64,000 bases of DNA from Bugula neritina. Taxonomy: Eukaryota > Animalia > Bryozoa. This document shows, one piece after another, positions 24,713 through 38,100 of this stretch. The notes under the pieces were generated by a model. It was not told the DNA's origin, made no database searches, and was given only the letters and a program-made list of their open reading frames with translations. The stretch is from assembly GCA_964035545.1 (NCBI GenBank), contig OZ037773.1, forward strand, positions 1,083,751-1,147,750. Direction: 5' to 3'. Position 1 is the stretch's first letter. Every line of letters starts with the position of its first letter. The position numbers and the translations under genes were made by a program.

Positions 24713-25222
24713 TTACTTTGCTGGTCGTCCCTCGAGTCTCGTATTTAGTTTAGTCACTTCAGCAGCCACCTGTTCCTGTTCTTTACAGAGACGAGCCATC
24801 GTCGCTGTAGCTTCTTTACATCCGTCAACAGGGACTGGTCGGGGCTAGCGTTTCGGTTAATCGGGCAACGGGTACTCTTCCTCTTCTACGGTCAGAGGGG
24901 GACGGTGGCTGTGTGACGGTAGGATCTATCTTCTAGTTCCTCAACCTTGAACGGTCTTCCCTCCAACAGAATGCCAGAAACTGTTGAAGGGGTTTTCACC
25001 TGGTCAGTACGACACCTCGACTGAGTCTCGCAATCTACTAACCACTGATTATTATGAAATCACGCGGTCGACTGCCTCACTCAAGTCGTCAGTGAAATCA
25101 CCTGACTTGGGAAACCAGCTTTATCGTTATGATAAAGCGAGACTGATTTAAAGCTACCAGCTTGAATTCTACTCAAATAGTAGAATTATATTAGTAGACT
25201 TACCATAAGGCAGCCACGACAT
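24713..25222 (-). pseudogene. Element C short accessory ORF3: exons 25222-25204 and 24980-24713; no zinc fingers, two stops and one frameshift
   Basis: MSWLPY G|gtaagt..TACTGAC..ccccttcaacag|; C-terminus PDQSLLTDVKKLQRR/MARLCKEQEQVAAEVTKLNTRLE matches E. Confidence 0.65.
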
Positions 25223-27299
25223 TAGTCTGCTGCCCACTTAGGCCTCGTAGTACGCCAGCCTGCCGGGTACGTGCGTGCAAGTTGGCAGTTGAAATAGAAA
25301 AGAACGCTCTTCGCAGTGAAAGTAATTACATAATACTTCCTTCACTAGCGAGCTGGCTTCGCTCTTTCCATTACCTCGCCCCCCAGACTTGTTTTGTGCT
25401 GGTTGACAGGTTATAGTATAGTATGCATGTCAACCAAGTCACACCAGAAGTCTTGCAAATAAGATGGTGGCGCCCTGGTACGTTGGCTACGTTCCAACGG
25501 TACCCGGGAATTTGCTGCGACTGGTGACTCTTCTGCACGGGTGGTGTCGCCAGTACGAGGGGGGTCCACCAGTACGGGTGGTCCTCCCCTAGCTGCCTCT
25601 TCCTCATGATTTTGAGGAATTTCCACCTCATCCGGGGCGATGGGCCTGTCGACCGGCTCCACAGGTGGTGGGGCCGGCTCCGACAGGTCTTCTGGTGTCT
25701 CGGCCTCCTCCTCCTGGGGTGGAGGTGGCCGGGGCGGGTCGGGCGGCGCGTCGGCCGCCCCGTCCTGATCTTGCAGTGTCTCCTCAATCTCTTTATACGC
25801 CATGCCTCGCCCCCTCATAGGGGGGCGTCTAGCGGGCTCTAAGAAAGGAGGTGCTTGACCTGCTGCATCAGGACTCGCCCAGTGAGGTTTCAGCCGTGCC
25901 TCGTTCTGGACCGACACTTGTCCAGACCGTTCCACTTTATAGGTGTGATTGGCCATCACCTCAATCACGCAGTAGGGACCCACAAACTGCGACTGCAACT
26001 TGGCTGCCTGTCCACGTCGCCGGCGATGACTGGTCTTCCAGACCCAGTCTCCCGCTTTGCAAAAAGGGGGGTCGTCAGAGTCGCCACTTCTGACCTGCCA
26101 TTGCTGCTCACGTAGCACCTCGTGAGCCGTCCTCATGCGTTTTACGAGCTCGTCCACGTAATCGTAGACGCTGCTCTTGGGAGCTGGAACATAATAGGTT
26201 ACGTGCTCAGGAATCCTGGTTTCTCTACCCAGCAAGAGAAAATTAGGGGTCTCCAGTGTACTGGAGTGAGGGGTACTACGGTAAGCTCGCATGATCTGCG
26301 GCAGCACCATGTCCCACTCTTCCTGGCTCCTACCGATGAGCAGGCTTCTCAGTGAGTCCCCTAGCATTCGGTTGTTCCGCTCCACAACCCCGTTCCCTTG
26401 GGGGTGATACGGGGTCATCCGACTCTGGTTTACCCCCACATTTTACAGAGATCGCTCATAAGCTGCAACTGAAACTGGGCGCCTTGATCAGAGTGTATCT
26501 GCTCCGGCAAGCCAAAATAGCAGAATACCTGCTGATCCAAGGCTCTGGCCACCGAGGGGGCCGACGCATCTGGAATAGCCAGTGCATCAGCCCACCGCGT
26601 GAAATGGTCAGTTAGTACCAGTATCCAGTTATTACCTCTCGCTGTTGTGGGCATGGGGCCTACCAGATCTACAGCGACTACTTGCCACGGACGACCGGCA
26701 TGGAGGCGACGCCTCCCTGCGGTCTCAGTGGGGCGGCCATGCTCGCTAGCTTGGCATACCTTGCACTTCCGTACCCGGAGTCGGACATCCCGGGTCATAC
26801 CGGGCCAAAACCACTGGGGTTGAAGACACCTAGTCACCCGGCTAGCTCCCGCGTGAGCTTGCTTATGGGTGTCCCAGATCAACTCTCGCCTCAGAGCGGA
26901 CAGGCAGACTACCCTCTCTCGTTCACTGCGATTGGTGCCGGCTGCCAACGTTATCGTTAGCAGCCCATCGCTGTCAAACCGGAGGGAGTCCCAGCGGTCA
27001 CAGAAGTACTTAAACTCTGCACTCTTCACTCGCTGTTCGGCCTCACTCGGCCGCCGTCCCTCCTTCATGGCCCGGACTAGGTCAGCTACCACCCCTGGTA
27101 GCGTTGCCTGGAGCCGACACAGCTCCCTGACGTTCCTGAGCAGCATAGGGTTTGCGTGAAGGTTGTTAACAGCTTCATTAGGGGATTCGGACCGGAGTTG
27201 TCCTTCTTCCCAGCTGTATACACCCGCTTTCCCCAACTGTGCTTCAACGTCCGAGCGAGGGGGTTCACCATCCCTGTCTCAATGTTCTGGCACTGCTTA

Positions 27300-28054
27300 C
27301 ACAGGATAGTTAAGGGCAACCTTTTAGTTCTAGCTGCTATGCTGATGATGCAGTGTTATCATATAAGAAATCAGTCCCAGTAAAATAAAATTTTACCTAA
27401 TTGTGCTGAAATCAAAATTTAAAAACTATGTTGTAGATAGCTTTATTCCTCAGCGCGTATTTTTTGGAATTTTTAATTTTCCATTTTTTGGCTAAGCTAC
27501 AGACGAAAAACTATCCATTTTCTCCTTTTTTTAGCTGAAAAAACATCATGTCAGTCCCAGTAAAAGATCTCAGCAGGAAAACATAATATCTGAAAAAAGA
27601 AAACACTGTTGGAATTCTGAGATATTTCTGCAGCGGGGTTTTTGTAATGCTTCTAATAGCTTTTATAGATTTGCTATAAATTAGTGATTTATACGCTGAA
27701 AATGAGATAATTTTTTTTTACTAATAAGCACTGCTCATCACTTCGCGCTTCAGTGAACGCGTAGAGATGAAAAGATATTGGCTTGTCCATTACTAATTAC
27801 AGACCTGCTGACCTACAAGCTAGTGAATAGCTTGGTGTGTAATTCATTCATAGAGTAGCCACAATGGAATGTTGATATATAATGCAGCCCTAATTGAGCT
27901 TGCTGTTTATTGGTCATAATCTAATATCAGGCTAAACATACACAGGCAGGCAACACGCATGCCACCCACAGAACAATATTATAGAAGAAACCTAGACTAC
28001 ATTGTGAGCTAAATTTATGATATTCTTAGTAAGGATGCCCTTAACTATCCTGTG
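27300..28054. mobile_element. Non-autonomous TIR DNA transposon (755 bp) inserted at the end of the RNase H region of C; CACTA/EnSpm-like or TA-targeting
   Basis: TIR CACAGGATAGTTAAGGGCA (19 bp perfect), 2-bp TSD TA, pol sequence rejoins on removal. Confidence 0.9.
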
Positions 28055-31000
28055 TACACCCATCTGCCTGGTGGCGGCTGAGTTCGTCGGCATTACCGTG
28101 TTTCTTACCGGGTCGAGGTTCGATCCGATAAGAAAACTCTGCCAGCATTTCCAGCCAGCGCGCTACTTGGCTTGATGGTTCCGCCCGTCGACACAGCCAT
28201 ATCAAAGACGCATGATCCGTCCGAAGCCGGAATGTGCGCCCATATAAATATGGTCTAAAGTGTTTGACCGCCTTGACTACTGCCAAGAGTTACCTCCTGG
28301 TTGTACAGTAGTTCTTCTCAGGCGCCGACAGGGCTTTGCTATAGTAAGCCACCACCACCTCGCAACCATCTTGGACTTGCGACAGCACAGCCCCCACATT
28401 ATGGTTACTGGCATCAGTATCCAAAATGTACTCCTTCGCAGGGTCAGGATACGCCAAGATGGACGCTTCCACCAGGCGATCCTTTAGGTGGTCAAACGCC
28501 TTCTGCTCGGCCTGTGTCCACTGCCATCGCACCCCTTTTGCTGTCAGCGGATTTAACAGCTGTGCAATTCCGGCGATGTCTGGTATGTACTGACGATAGT
28601 ACCTTACCAGTCCCAGGAATGCCCGCAATTCAGGGAGGTCGACAGGAACAGCCCAGTCCCTCACAGCCCGTACCTTCTTGGGGTCGGTGGCGACCCCGTG
28701 TCGACCAACTACATGGCCCAGGTACTTGACCTCGCGCTGCAATAATGCATTTTTAGAGGGCTTGAGCTTCAGACCAGCAGCTCGAAATCTGTCAAACATC
28801 TTTCTGAGTCGACTGACATGTGTGTCGAAGTCGGGGGAGATGACAATGACATCATCGAGATAAATGAGCAAGCTTTTCCAGTGCAGCTCACTCAGGACCT
28901 GCTCCATGAGTCGCTGGAAGGTGGCCGGTGCAGACGTAAGTCCGAATGGCAATACCTTCCATTTCCAGAGCCCATCCCGCGTTATAAACCCGGCTTTTTC
29001 CTGTGCTTCAGGACTCAGGGGCACTTGCCAATACCCGCTTAACAAGTCCAACATGCTGAAGAACTTGCTACCAGCTAAGGCATCAAGTGATTCATCGATC
29101 CTAGGAAGAGGGTAAGCGTCCTGGATGGTCACGCTTTTCAGCCTGCGATAATCAACGCAAAACCTCCAGCTCCCATCCTTTTTCCGAACCAGGACGACTG
29201 GAGAACTCCAGGCCCCATGGCCTGGCTCAATCAGGTCCCGGTTCAGAAGGTCATGCACCTGACAGCTCACTTCTCTCTCCTTCTCAGGACCTAACCGGCG
29301 AGTCGGCTGCCGGATGGGCGCCGTCCCCGCCGCCAGGGGTATCTCATGACAGACAGTCTTAGTCAGACCCATGTCATGGTCGCCGCAACTGAACACGTCC
29401 TTGTACTCAGAGAGTAGCTGCGCCATCACCAGGCGTTCTCGCTTGCTCTCACAGCCATCATAGGCATCCTCGTACAACTCCGCTACGTGTTCAGGCACCG
29501 GCCCCCTGCCGTTTCTAGTGGGTACTCCCCGGGCGTCGTCCGCTGTTTCCAGCGCGGGCCCTACATCCTCCTCTTGCACGAAGTGGAACTTCCCTACTAG
29601 AGACCCAGCCAGTAATTCTACCGGCTCCGTGAAAGGGTTTACGCACTGGACCAGGAATTCCCCCCCGCTCATCCAGTCTATTCAGACTGTTAGCGAGCTG
29701 GACGCCCCCCCCAGTGCACCTTCCACCACTCCGAGCTCGGAGATTTCCCTACAGTTCACCCTGCAGCGAACTGTAGCCCGGGAGCGCCCAGGTACAGTAC
29801 AGCGCTGTACCACCTGCATTCCCCTCACCAAGGGTCGGCCAAATCGGTCGACACAGGCCAGCTCACGCCCGGCCATCACCACCGCCGACTTGCTAAAGTG
29901 GATGTAGCACCCGTGTCGCTTCAGAAATGGCATGCCCAAGATGGCGTCCTTCTTGAGTTGACTGACGATGAAGGTCTCACTGATCGTCTGATCATGGACT
30001 CTACCAGTCAACTGGATTACTCCATAGAATGGAATACACGACCCGTCCGCCGTGTTCCCCTTCATATGGTTCTAGACTAGCCCTGTCCCTGGCACTGAGA
30101 GTGTCGAATAGACGCCGACTCAGTAGGACTGATGCTCGTGTGGGCAACCGAGGAAAATCCCTGTTTTGCTCCCACTCGTCGTTCACTCCCCCATCAACCA
30201 AACCTTCAAAGCGGTTTTTGAGTGCCCAAGCCGGAGGTTTTGGTGGGCTTCGCAGCCTACTAACTCTCCTTGGGGCTTGCCACTCTGGCGAAGGCGGCCT
30301 CCTCACCCGGTGGGGTTTTGGCCTTGGCTTCGGCCTTGGGGGGTTAAACTGGGGCCCACGGTCGGCGGAAGTTACCGTGGGCCATTGCTGTTTAACTGCC
30401 TTCCACTACCGTGGGGGCAACTTCGTATGAAGTGTCCACCACTACCACAGCCCCAGCATACGGGGCGGCGCCTGTCGTCGACAGCTACCGACGACCTTCT
30501 GGGTCGCTAGGCTGTCGACTGCTGGCGCAGTTGCCTGATCTCGGCTAGCAGTTCTTGAACCAAGCTTGTGGTCAAGCTAGTCGGCTCGTCGGCTGCTGCC
30601 GAGGCGACATGTACAGCTGTCTTCGCCGGCGATGTCGACACGTCGTCTGCTCCGACCTGCTGTATTGTCGCCCCAGGTCGGCACGCACTGTCGGCTTGGA
30701 AATAGGCATTTCCAAGCCTTAGAGCTCTTTCCATAGTCTCAACCTCGGCCACCAGCAGATGCTGTTTCAGCCCGAGGTTGTTAATAGACTGGAGGAATGC
30801 ATCCAGTGCTAAGCTCTGTCGACTATCAGCAGGCAAGTCGTCGTAGGCGACTTGTGCCAGTCAATCGACTACGGTAGCATGCTCTCGCAGGTTGGTCTTA
30901 GGATTTCTCCTAAGCCCCTGGAGTTGCACGCGAGCATCTCGAGCGGTTAATATAAACCGGGCTCGTAATGCTTCAAATATGTCACCGACATTCCGGCTTA

Positions 31001-31984
31001 TCCCATAGGGTTTAGCCGGCCCTGTCAGACATAACCGCAGCTGGATCAGAGTAACCCTATTCGGCCATCTGCAGATAGCCGCCACATCACTAAACTCAGT
31101 GATGAATTGCTCCACATCTTCTTCCCCTGAGAAGATGGGAGCCCGCAAGTGATACCTGTCCATAGGCAGCGCTGGGCCGCCTATGTGATCCTCCTCTACT
31201 GCTGCCGGTTCCTGTCCGGGCGTGTCGTCCTTGTCGACCATCTTCTTTCTACTCCCTGGCTAGGAGCATTTGTATTAAGTGGGATCCCACCGCTGCCACC
31301 ACTGTAGTGAATTTCGCAGTTCACTATATTATGTGGGTCGACTTAAACAAAGCTACTACACCAGGTTATTTACGTTATAATAAGTTTATTATTTACAAGA
31401 TACAAGAATTGAACTACTGCTAACATGAATTGAACGATTACATAATAAATGAGCCTTTATGCACAACTACTCTAAGCGAAGTCCCAAGCTGCTCTGCCCG
31501 GCTAGCTACTCAGCGCTCTTCCACTACGAGTAGCTAGCTCCACCTGCTATCAATTAGCATGTCAGTCCTGATTGGCTAGCGTTAGTGGTGCCACTGTCGA
31601 CTGTAAGATACTGTCGGATAACAGTCGACGCCGAGTTGTCCCTGTCGATGCTAATTAACTCCATAACCATAAGCATAACGCTAGCATTTTTTTCTGAGCA
31701 CACTAACTGTCAGTGCAAACCATCTACACCTCCTATTGAGCTAATTGGCTATTCTGCGTACGGTTGTTGGTTCTATTGAACTAGTCTTGCCTTGTTTAAC
31801 TGCGTGCATTAGTAGCTAGCAATAATTGTCCAGCCGAGTATAAGAGAGATTGTACGCATTCCAATTGTCAGCTATTATGCCAAGCGTATAGAGAGTAAGC
31901 CACGAGGAGTTATCCTTTCGATAATAACATAAACTAAAATCCCTTACACTAGGATAATCTTTATTTTGGTTCGGTTAATTTCTT

Positions 31985-32118
31985 GTCACCAGGTAGTTCC
32001 TGTGGGCCTCCTCGCCCCGTGGCACCAAATATCTACTACTACTGCCCAAGACTGCTTTGAGCGGCAGAAGGCATTGCTTATATACACAGAGTGGATCGCG
32101 ATTGAATGACGCAGATTC
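31985..32118 (+). repeat. ~135-bp direct repeat, partner at 33326-33460
   Basis: TGTCACCAGGTAG...GAATGACGCAGATT present twice with few mismatches. Confidence 0.9.
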
Positions 32119-32360
32119 CGGCAGTGTCATCCGTAGTTACTCATCGGGCACCACATAAACATGCGGCAAGGGTTTGCAAAGTTGTCGTCCTTGACGTTTG
32201 GTTTCAACATAATCTATAGTCATGTTTAGCAGGCGGTACTGGGAGGTATACTTCTTTTAACCATTACAATATCTGTCTTTGGCAAAAACAATTGTTAATT
32301 TAGCAGGGTTATGGATTTCATTGAATAAATTTTTATTTTACCTTTTCTTGAATAATAGTG

Positions 32361-32635
32361 TTCATAACAACATGCAGGCACGCTAGAAAGCTCCTCCTAG
32401 AGAATGTGACTTGACATTTCAATCTCTTAAACACTTTTATTCCATCTATTTATGTATTTTAATCCATTGGCTTTATAGCTTTTACACACAGTTCTCATAC
32501 ATATATATATAGTATGTTTTTATTCTTGTTACATTACATCTTAACATTTTATCTGAAGATTGTGTACATTCAATGCACATGAAACTAGTAGTAATAAAGT
32601 GTTTTAAATCAAATTTTATCGTTCATTACTTTTAT
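32361..32635 (+). mobile_element. Penelope-like element 3' end (ORF C-terminus plus pLTR region)
   Basis: FITTCRHARKLLLENVT* resembles the terminal CRH motif of PLE ORFs; followed by a hammerhead motif and (TA)n. Confidence 0.65.
32543..32603 (+). ncRNA. Minimal type-I hammerhead ribozyme (Penelope type)
   Basis: CTGAAGA, stem II TGTGTA/TGCACA, GAAA, palindromic ACTAGT, GTA; flanks AACATTTTAT/ATAAAGTGTT can pair. Confidence 0.7.
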
Positions 32636-32636
32636 T

Positions 32637-32857
<221 letters not shown>

Positions 32858-32889
32858 CTCAATATTATAAGGAAAATAATTAATAATAA

Positions 32890-33144
32890 TTAGGCTTTCC
32901 TAAATATTTTCCAACTTTTATTGTGTTTAATGTTTTTGTTAGTTAGTTGCCAAATGTATTTGCTAAGTTCTGTTTGATTAATTGCTTTTTCCTTGTTTTT
33001 AAAGGATGAGTTGTGGTTCGCGTATTTTATTTTGAACGGTCCATCACTCAAGCCAATGTATGTTGCAGGCTCGTTTTCGGTAGTTTCTACAGTTGCTTGG
33101 TATATTACTCTGCTCTCCTGACAGTTTCCTTTTTCTGTGGACAA
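32890..33144 (-). mobile_element. Penelope-like GIY-YIG endonuclease fragment
   Basis: C..VIYQATV..TYIGLS..FK.KYANH..SF..TELSKYIW.L..WKI. Confidence 0.8.
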
Positions 33145-33825
33145 CTTTCTTTTTCTCAGGTCCTAACCCGCAGAGGGTTTGGCCTGATCTCCCAAAGCCA
33201 GCTGCAATTTCAGCAGGGCAATTGAGCAGGTGGCCATTGAGTAACGGCTATCACATCTCTGAACTATTGAAGGAATTGTTCTACGCCCTCATTGCCAGTG
33301 AAGACAGGGGCCTTCAGACGATACCTGTCACCAGGTAGTTTCCTGTGGGCCTCCTCACCCCGTGGCACCAAATATCTACTACTACTGCCCAAGACAGCTT
33401 TGGGTGGCAGAAGGCATTGCTTATATACACAGAGTGGATCCTGATTGAATGACGCAGATTTTATTTTGAGTAAAGGCAGTGAGCATTGAGTTTTTTATTA
33501 GTACAATAAGTAGTCGTCTGTAAAGGTATTGTGAGTGGTTCTTATAGTAACATTGTTGTGGTAGTAGAAATAAAAGCTTTGAGGTTCAAGAAATGAAAAG
33601 AAGCAGAAGTCCAAGCTGCTATGCATGAAGAGGTGCAGAGGCTGATTACTGCAGGTGAATTTATTTAAGAATAGTTTGCAGTCAAACAGTTGCCTCGCCT
33701 AAAATATCATTAAAATGAAAGGAGATAATCATCAACTTCATACTTTTAGTAAGACGAATGTATAAAATTATTGCCATTTCAAAGAGATTTGCGCTTGAAT
33801 CATTCTGTGTATGTGTATATATTTA

Positions 33826-33900
33826 TGTGGTGTAATGGTTAGCACTTGCTTGGGAAATGTGGGTCTTGGGTTCCAACCCTAGCGAGGGTGGAGAGTGGGT
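33826..33900 (+). mobile_element. tRNA-derived SINE-like head
   Basis: A-box-like TGGTGTAATGG and B-box-like GGTTCCAACCC; no intact cloverleaf. Confidence 0.4.
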
Positions 33901-35142
33901 TTCAAAAATTTTGTAACTTTTCCACATCTTGTTAATAAACTGGTTTATCTGCATACAATTTATAACTTATAGTTTGACTTCTCTTCATCTTCAATTACAC
34001 AACTTGTATTTGTTCTGTTTACTGTTACTTTTTGTTGGGCTATGATGAACTTTTTTATTCTTTCTTGGATTGATTGTTCTGTATAAATAATTTAGTTTTA
34101 TTTTGATAAAAAGCTCAACAACAGTTTTATGAACTATATATATTAGTACCAAACACAATTGCTGCATTAACTTCTAACAACTGTTAATCTGTTTATGTAT
34201 TTGTACAAATTGATTATTATTATTATTTTAATGGCAGCAATTTTAGTTGTTGTGATTTTTGCTAATTTTCAGTATGCTATATTGTTCAGAAGAACCCTCA
34301 AATCTGCAAAGCATTCCTTGGATATCGTTGGAAACCATGTTTAATATGGATTTCAGTGATCAATTGTATGATTTCAACTTTAAGTTTGGGTGGTACGTTT
34401 CATGAGTTTCAAATAAAAGTATCTGCATCAAGGTATGCATAACTGTTACCAATTTATTGATTATTTTTTTGGTACAGAGTGTAAAATGATATTGTAGTCA
34501 TTTTGAACAATACATGCGATGAAACAGGAAAAAAACATGAAGCAAATCACAATTTTAAAAAACAAATAGTTTCAATAGCGAAATAATCTACAGAGTAAAA
34601 GATTCGAATTCCAAATGCATTTCATAGTATACAGAAATTTGGCAGTCAAAGAGAGAACGTCAACACACCCAATATCTATTTTGTTTCTTCAGTGAAAATG
34701 AGGGAGGTTTTATCAACAGCTAATGTATCTGCAAACACACAGTGAAACTCTCATCTCATTCTTTTGGGGTCTCCTGTATTCTCATTATTTAGGAGTTTGT
34801 TTTCTGCAAATGACAATGATGTTATTTTAAACTAACGTAACACACAGACCAATCAGAAACAATTGCTTAATGATACATTTTGTGCACAGGCTCCATAAAA
34901 AAATTGGCCAAGAGAAATAGTTGCATTGAATAAAACTCCAACTATAAATTAATGCAAACCATAAATAATTGGTAAGGGCATTCATTCACTTAATGAGCAG
35001 TCATGAAAATGCAGTGTAGAGTTGAGCTGGTTAAAAAGTTTGAAGCCTAATGTTACATGGTTACATTTGAATGGAGCCAATTGTACCAGTGAAAACAATA
35101 CTGTTAAAAAGTTGATAAACGCAAATTTAATTAACTAAATAT

Positions 35143-38100
35143 TGTGGTGGCTCGTGGAGCTGCCAGCAGCGAAATACACAGGGTCACGCTATTGACCCGG
35201 AACAATGGACAGCCAATTAGCGATGCTGATAGTTAGTAGCAGTAGTTAGTTTCGCGCTACTAGTTCAGTTGTGAATAGTGCAGTAGATTAAATAGACGTG
35301 TGAATTTCTGAATTTTTCTGTATCGTTTTTATTATGTATCCTTGTACTTAAAATATACTCTTAGTGACTCGATTTATCCTGGTGAAGTTTTCTAGCAATA
35401 AATAGACTCTCTTGATTGCACATCGACCCAAATTCTGAAAATTACAACAATGGTGGCAGCAGTGGGATAGTGTACATCAACGATGGAGACTGAAAATGCT
35501 AGAATGCAACCACCCCCAGTAGAAGGTGAGCGTAGAAATGATGTTATTCCTGTGAATCATGTGGGAGAAGAGGCTTATCGATATCGCTTGAAAGCTCCCA
35601 CCTTTACTGGGTCAGAAGATGTCGAACAGTTTATACAGGAGTTTAGAGAAGTAATGGATATTGCCCAATGGCCACAGAGAGTAGGCCTTATCCAGTTGCG
35701 GAGAGCGTTGACGGAGCAAGCCAAGCCGTACGGAATAGGAACGGATGTAGACGGGATATTGGCTGCGTTGCGGGCCCGTTTTGGTATCTCCGCAGAGGAC
35801 GCCAGGGCCCGTTTACAGAGGTTGTGCCGCGCCTCACGGGTCTCATTGCAAGAGCATGCCGCGACGGTGAAAAAGCTGGCGCAGATTGCGTATGGTGACC
35901 TATCAGCACAACACCAAGAGCGTTACACCTACGACGCTTTCGTCCAGTCACATAAACTACAAGCTAAAGGAATAACCACGGTAGAGGATGCCCTAAAGGC
36001 CGGAGAGGCTTACTTGTTGGCTACCCAAATGCATCGAGAACAAGGGAACCCGCCGCCGGTTAGAGTCAATGCTGCCAGAGCTACGGCAGCCCCCGAAGCT
36101 CCCTCCTTAGAAGCAGAAGTAGACCGTATGGTAGAGATGTTGGGACAGCTGGTAGCTATTCTTGCCAGCGCTGGTCCCGGTCAGGCCTCACGGTTGTCCC
36201 CAGCACCTGTGGGGCCGGGCTTGAGTAGTGTTGGTCAGGACCACAGACAGCAAGGATGATCCCAGGACCAGGGGACGTTAAACTGTCACGGCCCGCGGAC
36301 GCCCTTCCGCCCCTCGTGCCGAAACTGAAGGAACATGGTGAGACACGCCGCCACCGGTCTGTACAGACACGACGGTATGCTCCCCCGGAGTGGCAGGTAC
36401 CACGTAGGACTAGCAGACCCGCACAGCGGCCGAGTACCTTCTCCCTGCCACTCGCTAACCAGTTCCACCGGTTACCTCGGGAGGAGGAGTCTGCCACTGA
36501 ATTAGAGCCGGAAGGCCCAGTGAGGAGCTCCGAACCCCGCCGGCGCCAACGACGCCGCCGGAAACCCCATTAACCACGAGTAAACCCCAGCCGTCCTACC
36601 CAACCAAGACAACACATGCGGGGGGGGTGAAAGTACAACCACATGGAGATAGCTATTTCCTCCCCGGAAAGGTGACGGGTAAAGCCGTCACTTTCCTGCT
36701 AGACTCCGGCTGTACTACCAACCTTCTCAGTCGTAGGATCTTTGAGGCACTGCCCCGCCAGGACAGGGATAGAGTACGACCGTACACGGGAGAACATGGC
36801 ACCGTAGCAGACGGGTCGTGTATCCCCTTCTACGGTATTATCGAGCTCCCTGTGCATGTCCGAGACCAGGCTATACAGGAGACCTTTGTCATAAGCCAGC
36901 TGGAGGAAGATGCTATCCTCGGATAGCCCTTCTTGAAACAGCATCAATGCCGCATAGACTTTAGCAAGTCGGCAGTGCTGATGGGGGAGCGAGAACTCGC
37001 CTGTGTGGATAAGTTTGGGCGTCGTCTAGTGGGCGGTGTTCAGGTAGTTCGAACCTGCACTGTACCCGGGCGCTCGAGGGCTACTATCCACTGCCGAGTG
37101 AACAGCAACCGGATAGCTAGACCCGGGGTCGTTGAAGGCGCGCACAAAAAGATCCAACTCGCCAGCAGTTTAAACCAACTGACCGAGCGAGGGGAGATCT
37201 TAGTGCAGTGTGTCAACCCCTGTACCGAGCCCATCAAGCTCCCAGCTGGGTCTATGCTGGGCCGGTTCCACTCTGTCCAGGAGGAGGACGTGGGCCCGTC
37301 GCTGGGTGATGCGACGGAGGCACTCCCTCGGCGCCTTACTCAGGGGCGAGGGGCGGTCCCTACACACATCTGGGAGTTATATGAAACAGTTTGTGGTGAC
37401 TGCGCGAGCAACAAGGAACGCCAAGCTATGGCGAAGTTGCTACGCGACTACGGTGATGTGTTCGGCAGCGGAGATAATGACGTGGGACTGACTGGAGTTG
37501 TCAGACACAAAATACCGCTGACTGCAGGGACGGTCCCTATCCGGCAACCCACGCGCAGGCTGGGGCCGGAGAAGGAGAAGGAGGTTAGCCGACAAAGACA
37601 GGATCTTCTGGATCGCGGCCTCATAGAGCCCGCCCATAGTGCGTGGAGCTCGCCGGTCGTATTGGTCCGGAAGAAAGACGGCAGTTGGCGGTTCTGTGTG
37701 GATTACCGCAAACTCAATAGCGTAACCATACAGGACGCCTACCCTCTACCTCGTATTGACGAGTCATTGGACGCTCTAGCCGGCAGCAAGTACTTCAGTA
37801 CGTTAGACTTGTTGAGCGGTTACTGGCAAGTTCCTCTGAGTCCCGACGCCCAGGAGAAGGCAGCGTTTATCACACAGAACGGTTTGTGGAAGTGGAAGGT
37901 GCTGCCTTTCGGGTTAAATTCCGCCCACGCCACCTTCCAGAGGCTGATGGAGCAAGTCCTCAGCGGGCTCCATTGGAAGACACTGCTGATCTACCTCGAT
38001 GATGTCATCGTAATCTCTCCAGACTTCGAGACACATGTCAGTCGTCTGCGGGAGGTCTTCGAGAGACTCCGAGGTACCGGTCTTAAGCTCAAACCTTCCA

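Larger units (their letters stand above)
24329..31948 (-). mobile_element. Ty3/Gypsy element C (second family, decayed); 5' LTR 31948-31303, PBS 31301-31284, 3' LTR truncated (24500-24329)
   Basis: gag ATG 31241, fragmented pol ORFs down to 25411, tRNA-Leu PBS, 172 bp of LTR repeated at both ends. Confidence 0.93.

Noticed and set aside
8938-31952. F and C as one element sharing a TSD
   Set aside because: Flanks differ (AGCT vs CTAG) and the LTRs are unrelated; a deletion joining F's 3' UTR to C's 3' LTR fits better
33826-33900. Functional tRNA gene (also 45102-45175)
   Set aside because: Only box-like motifs; acceptor and anticodon stems do not form
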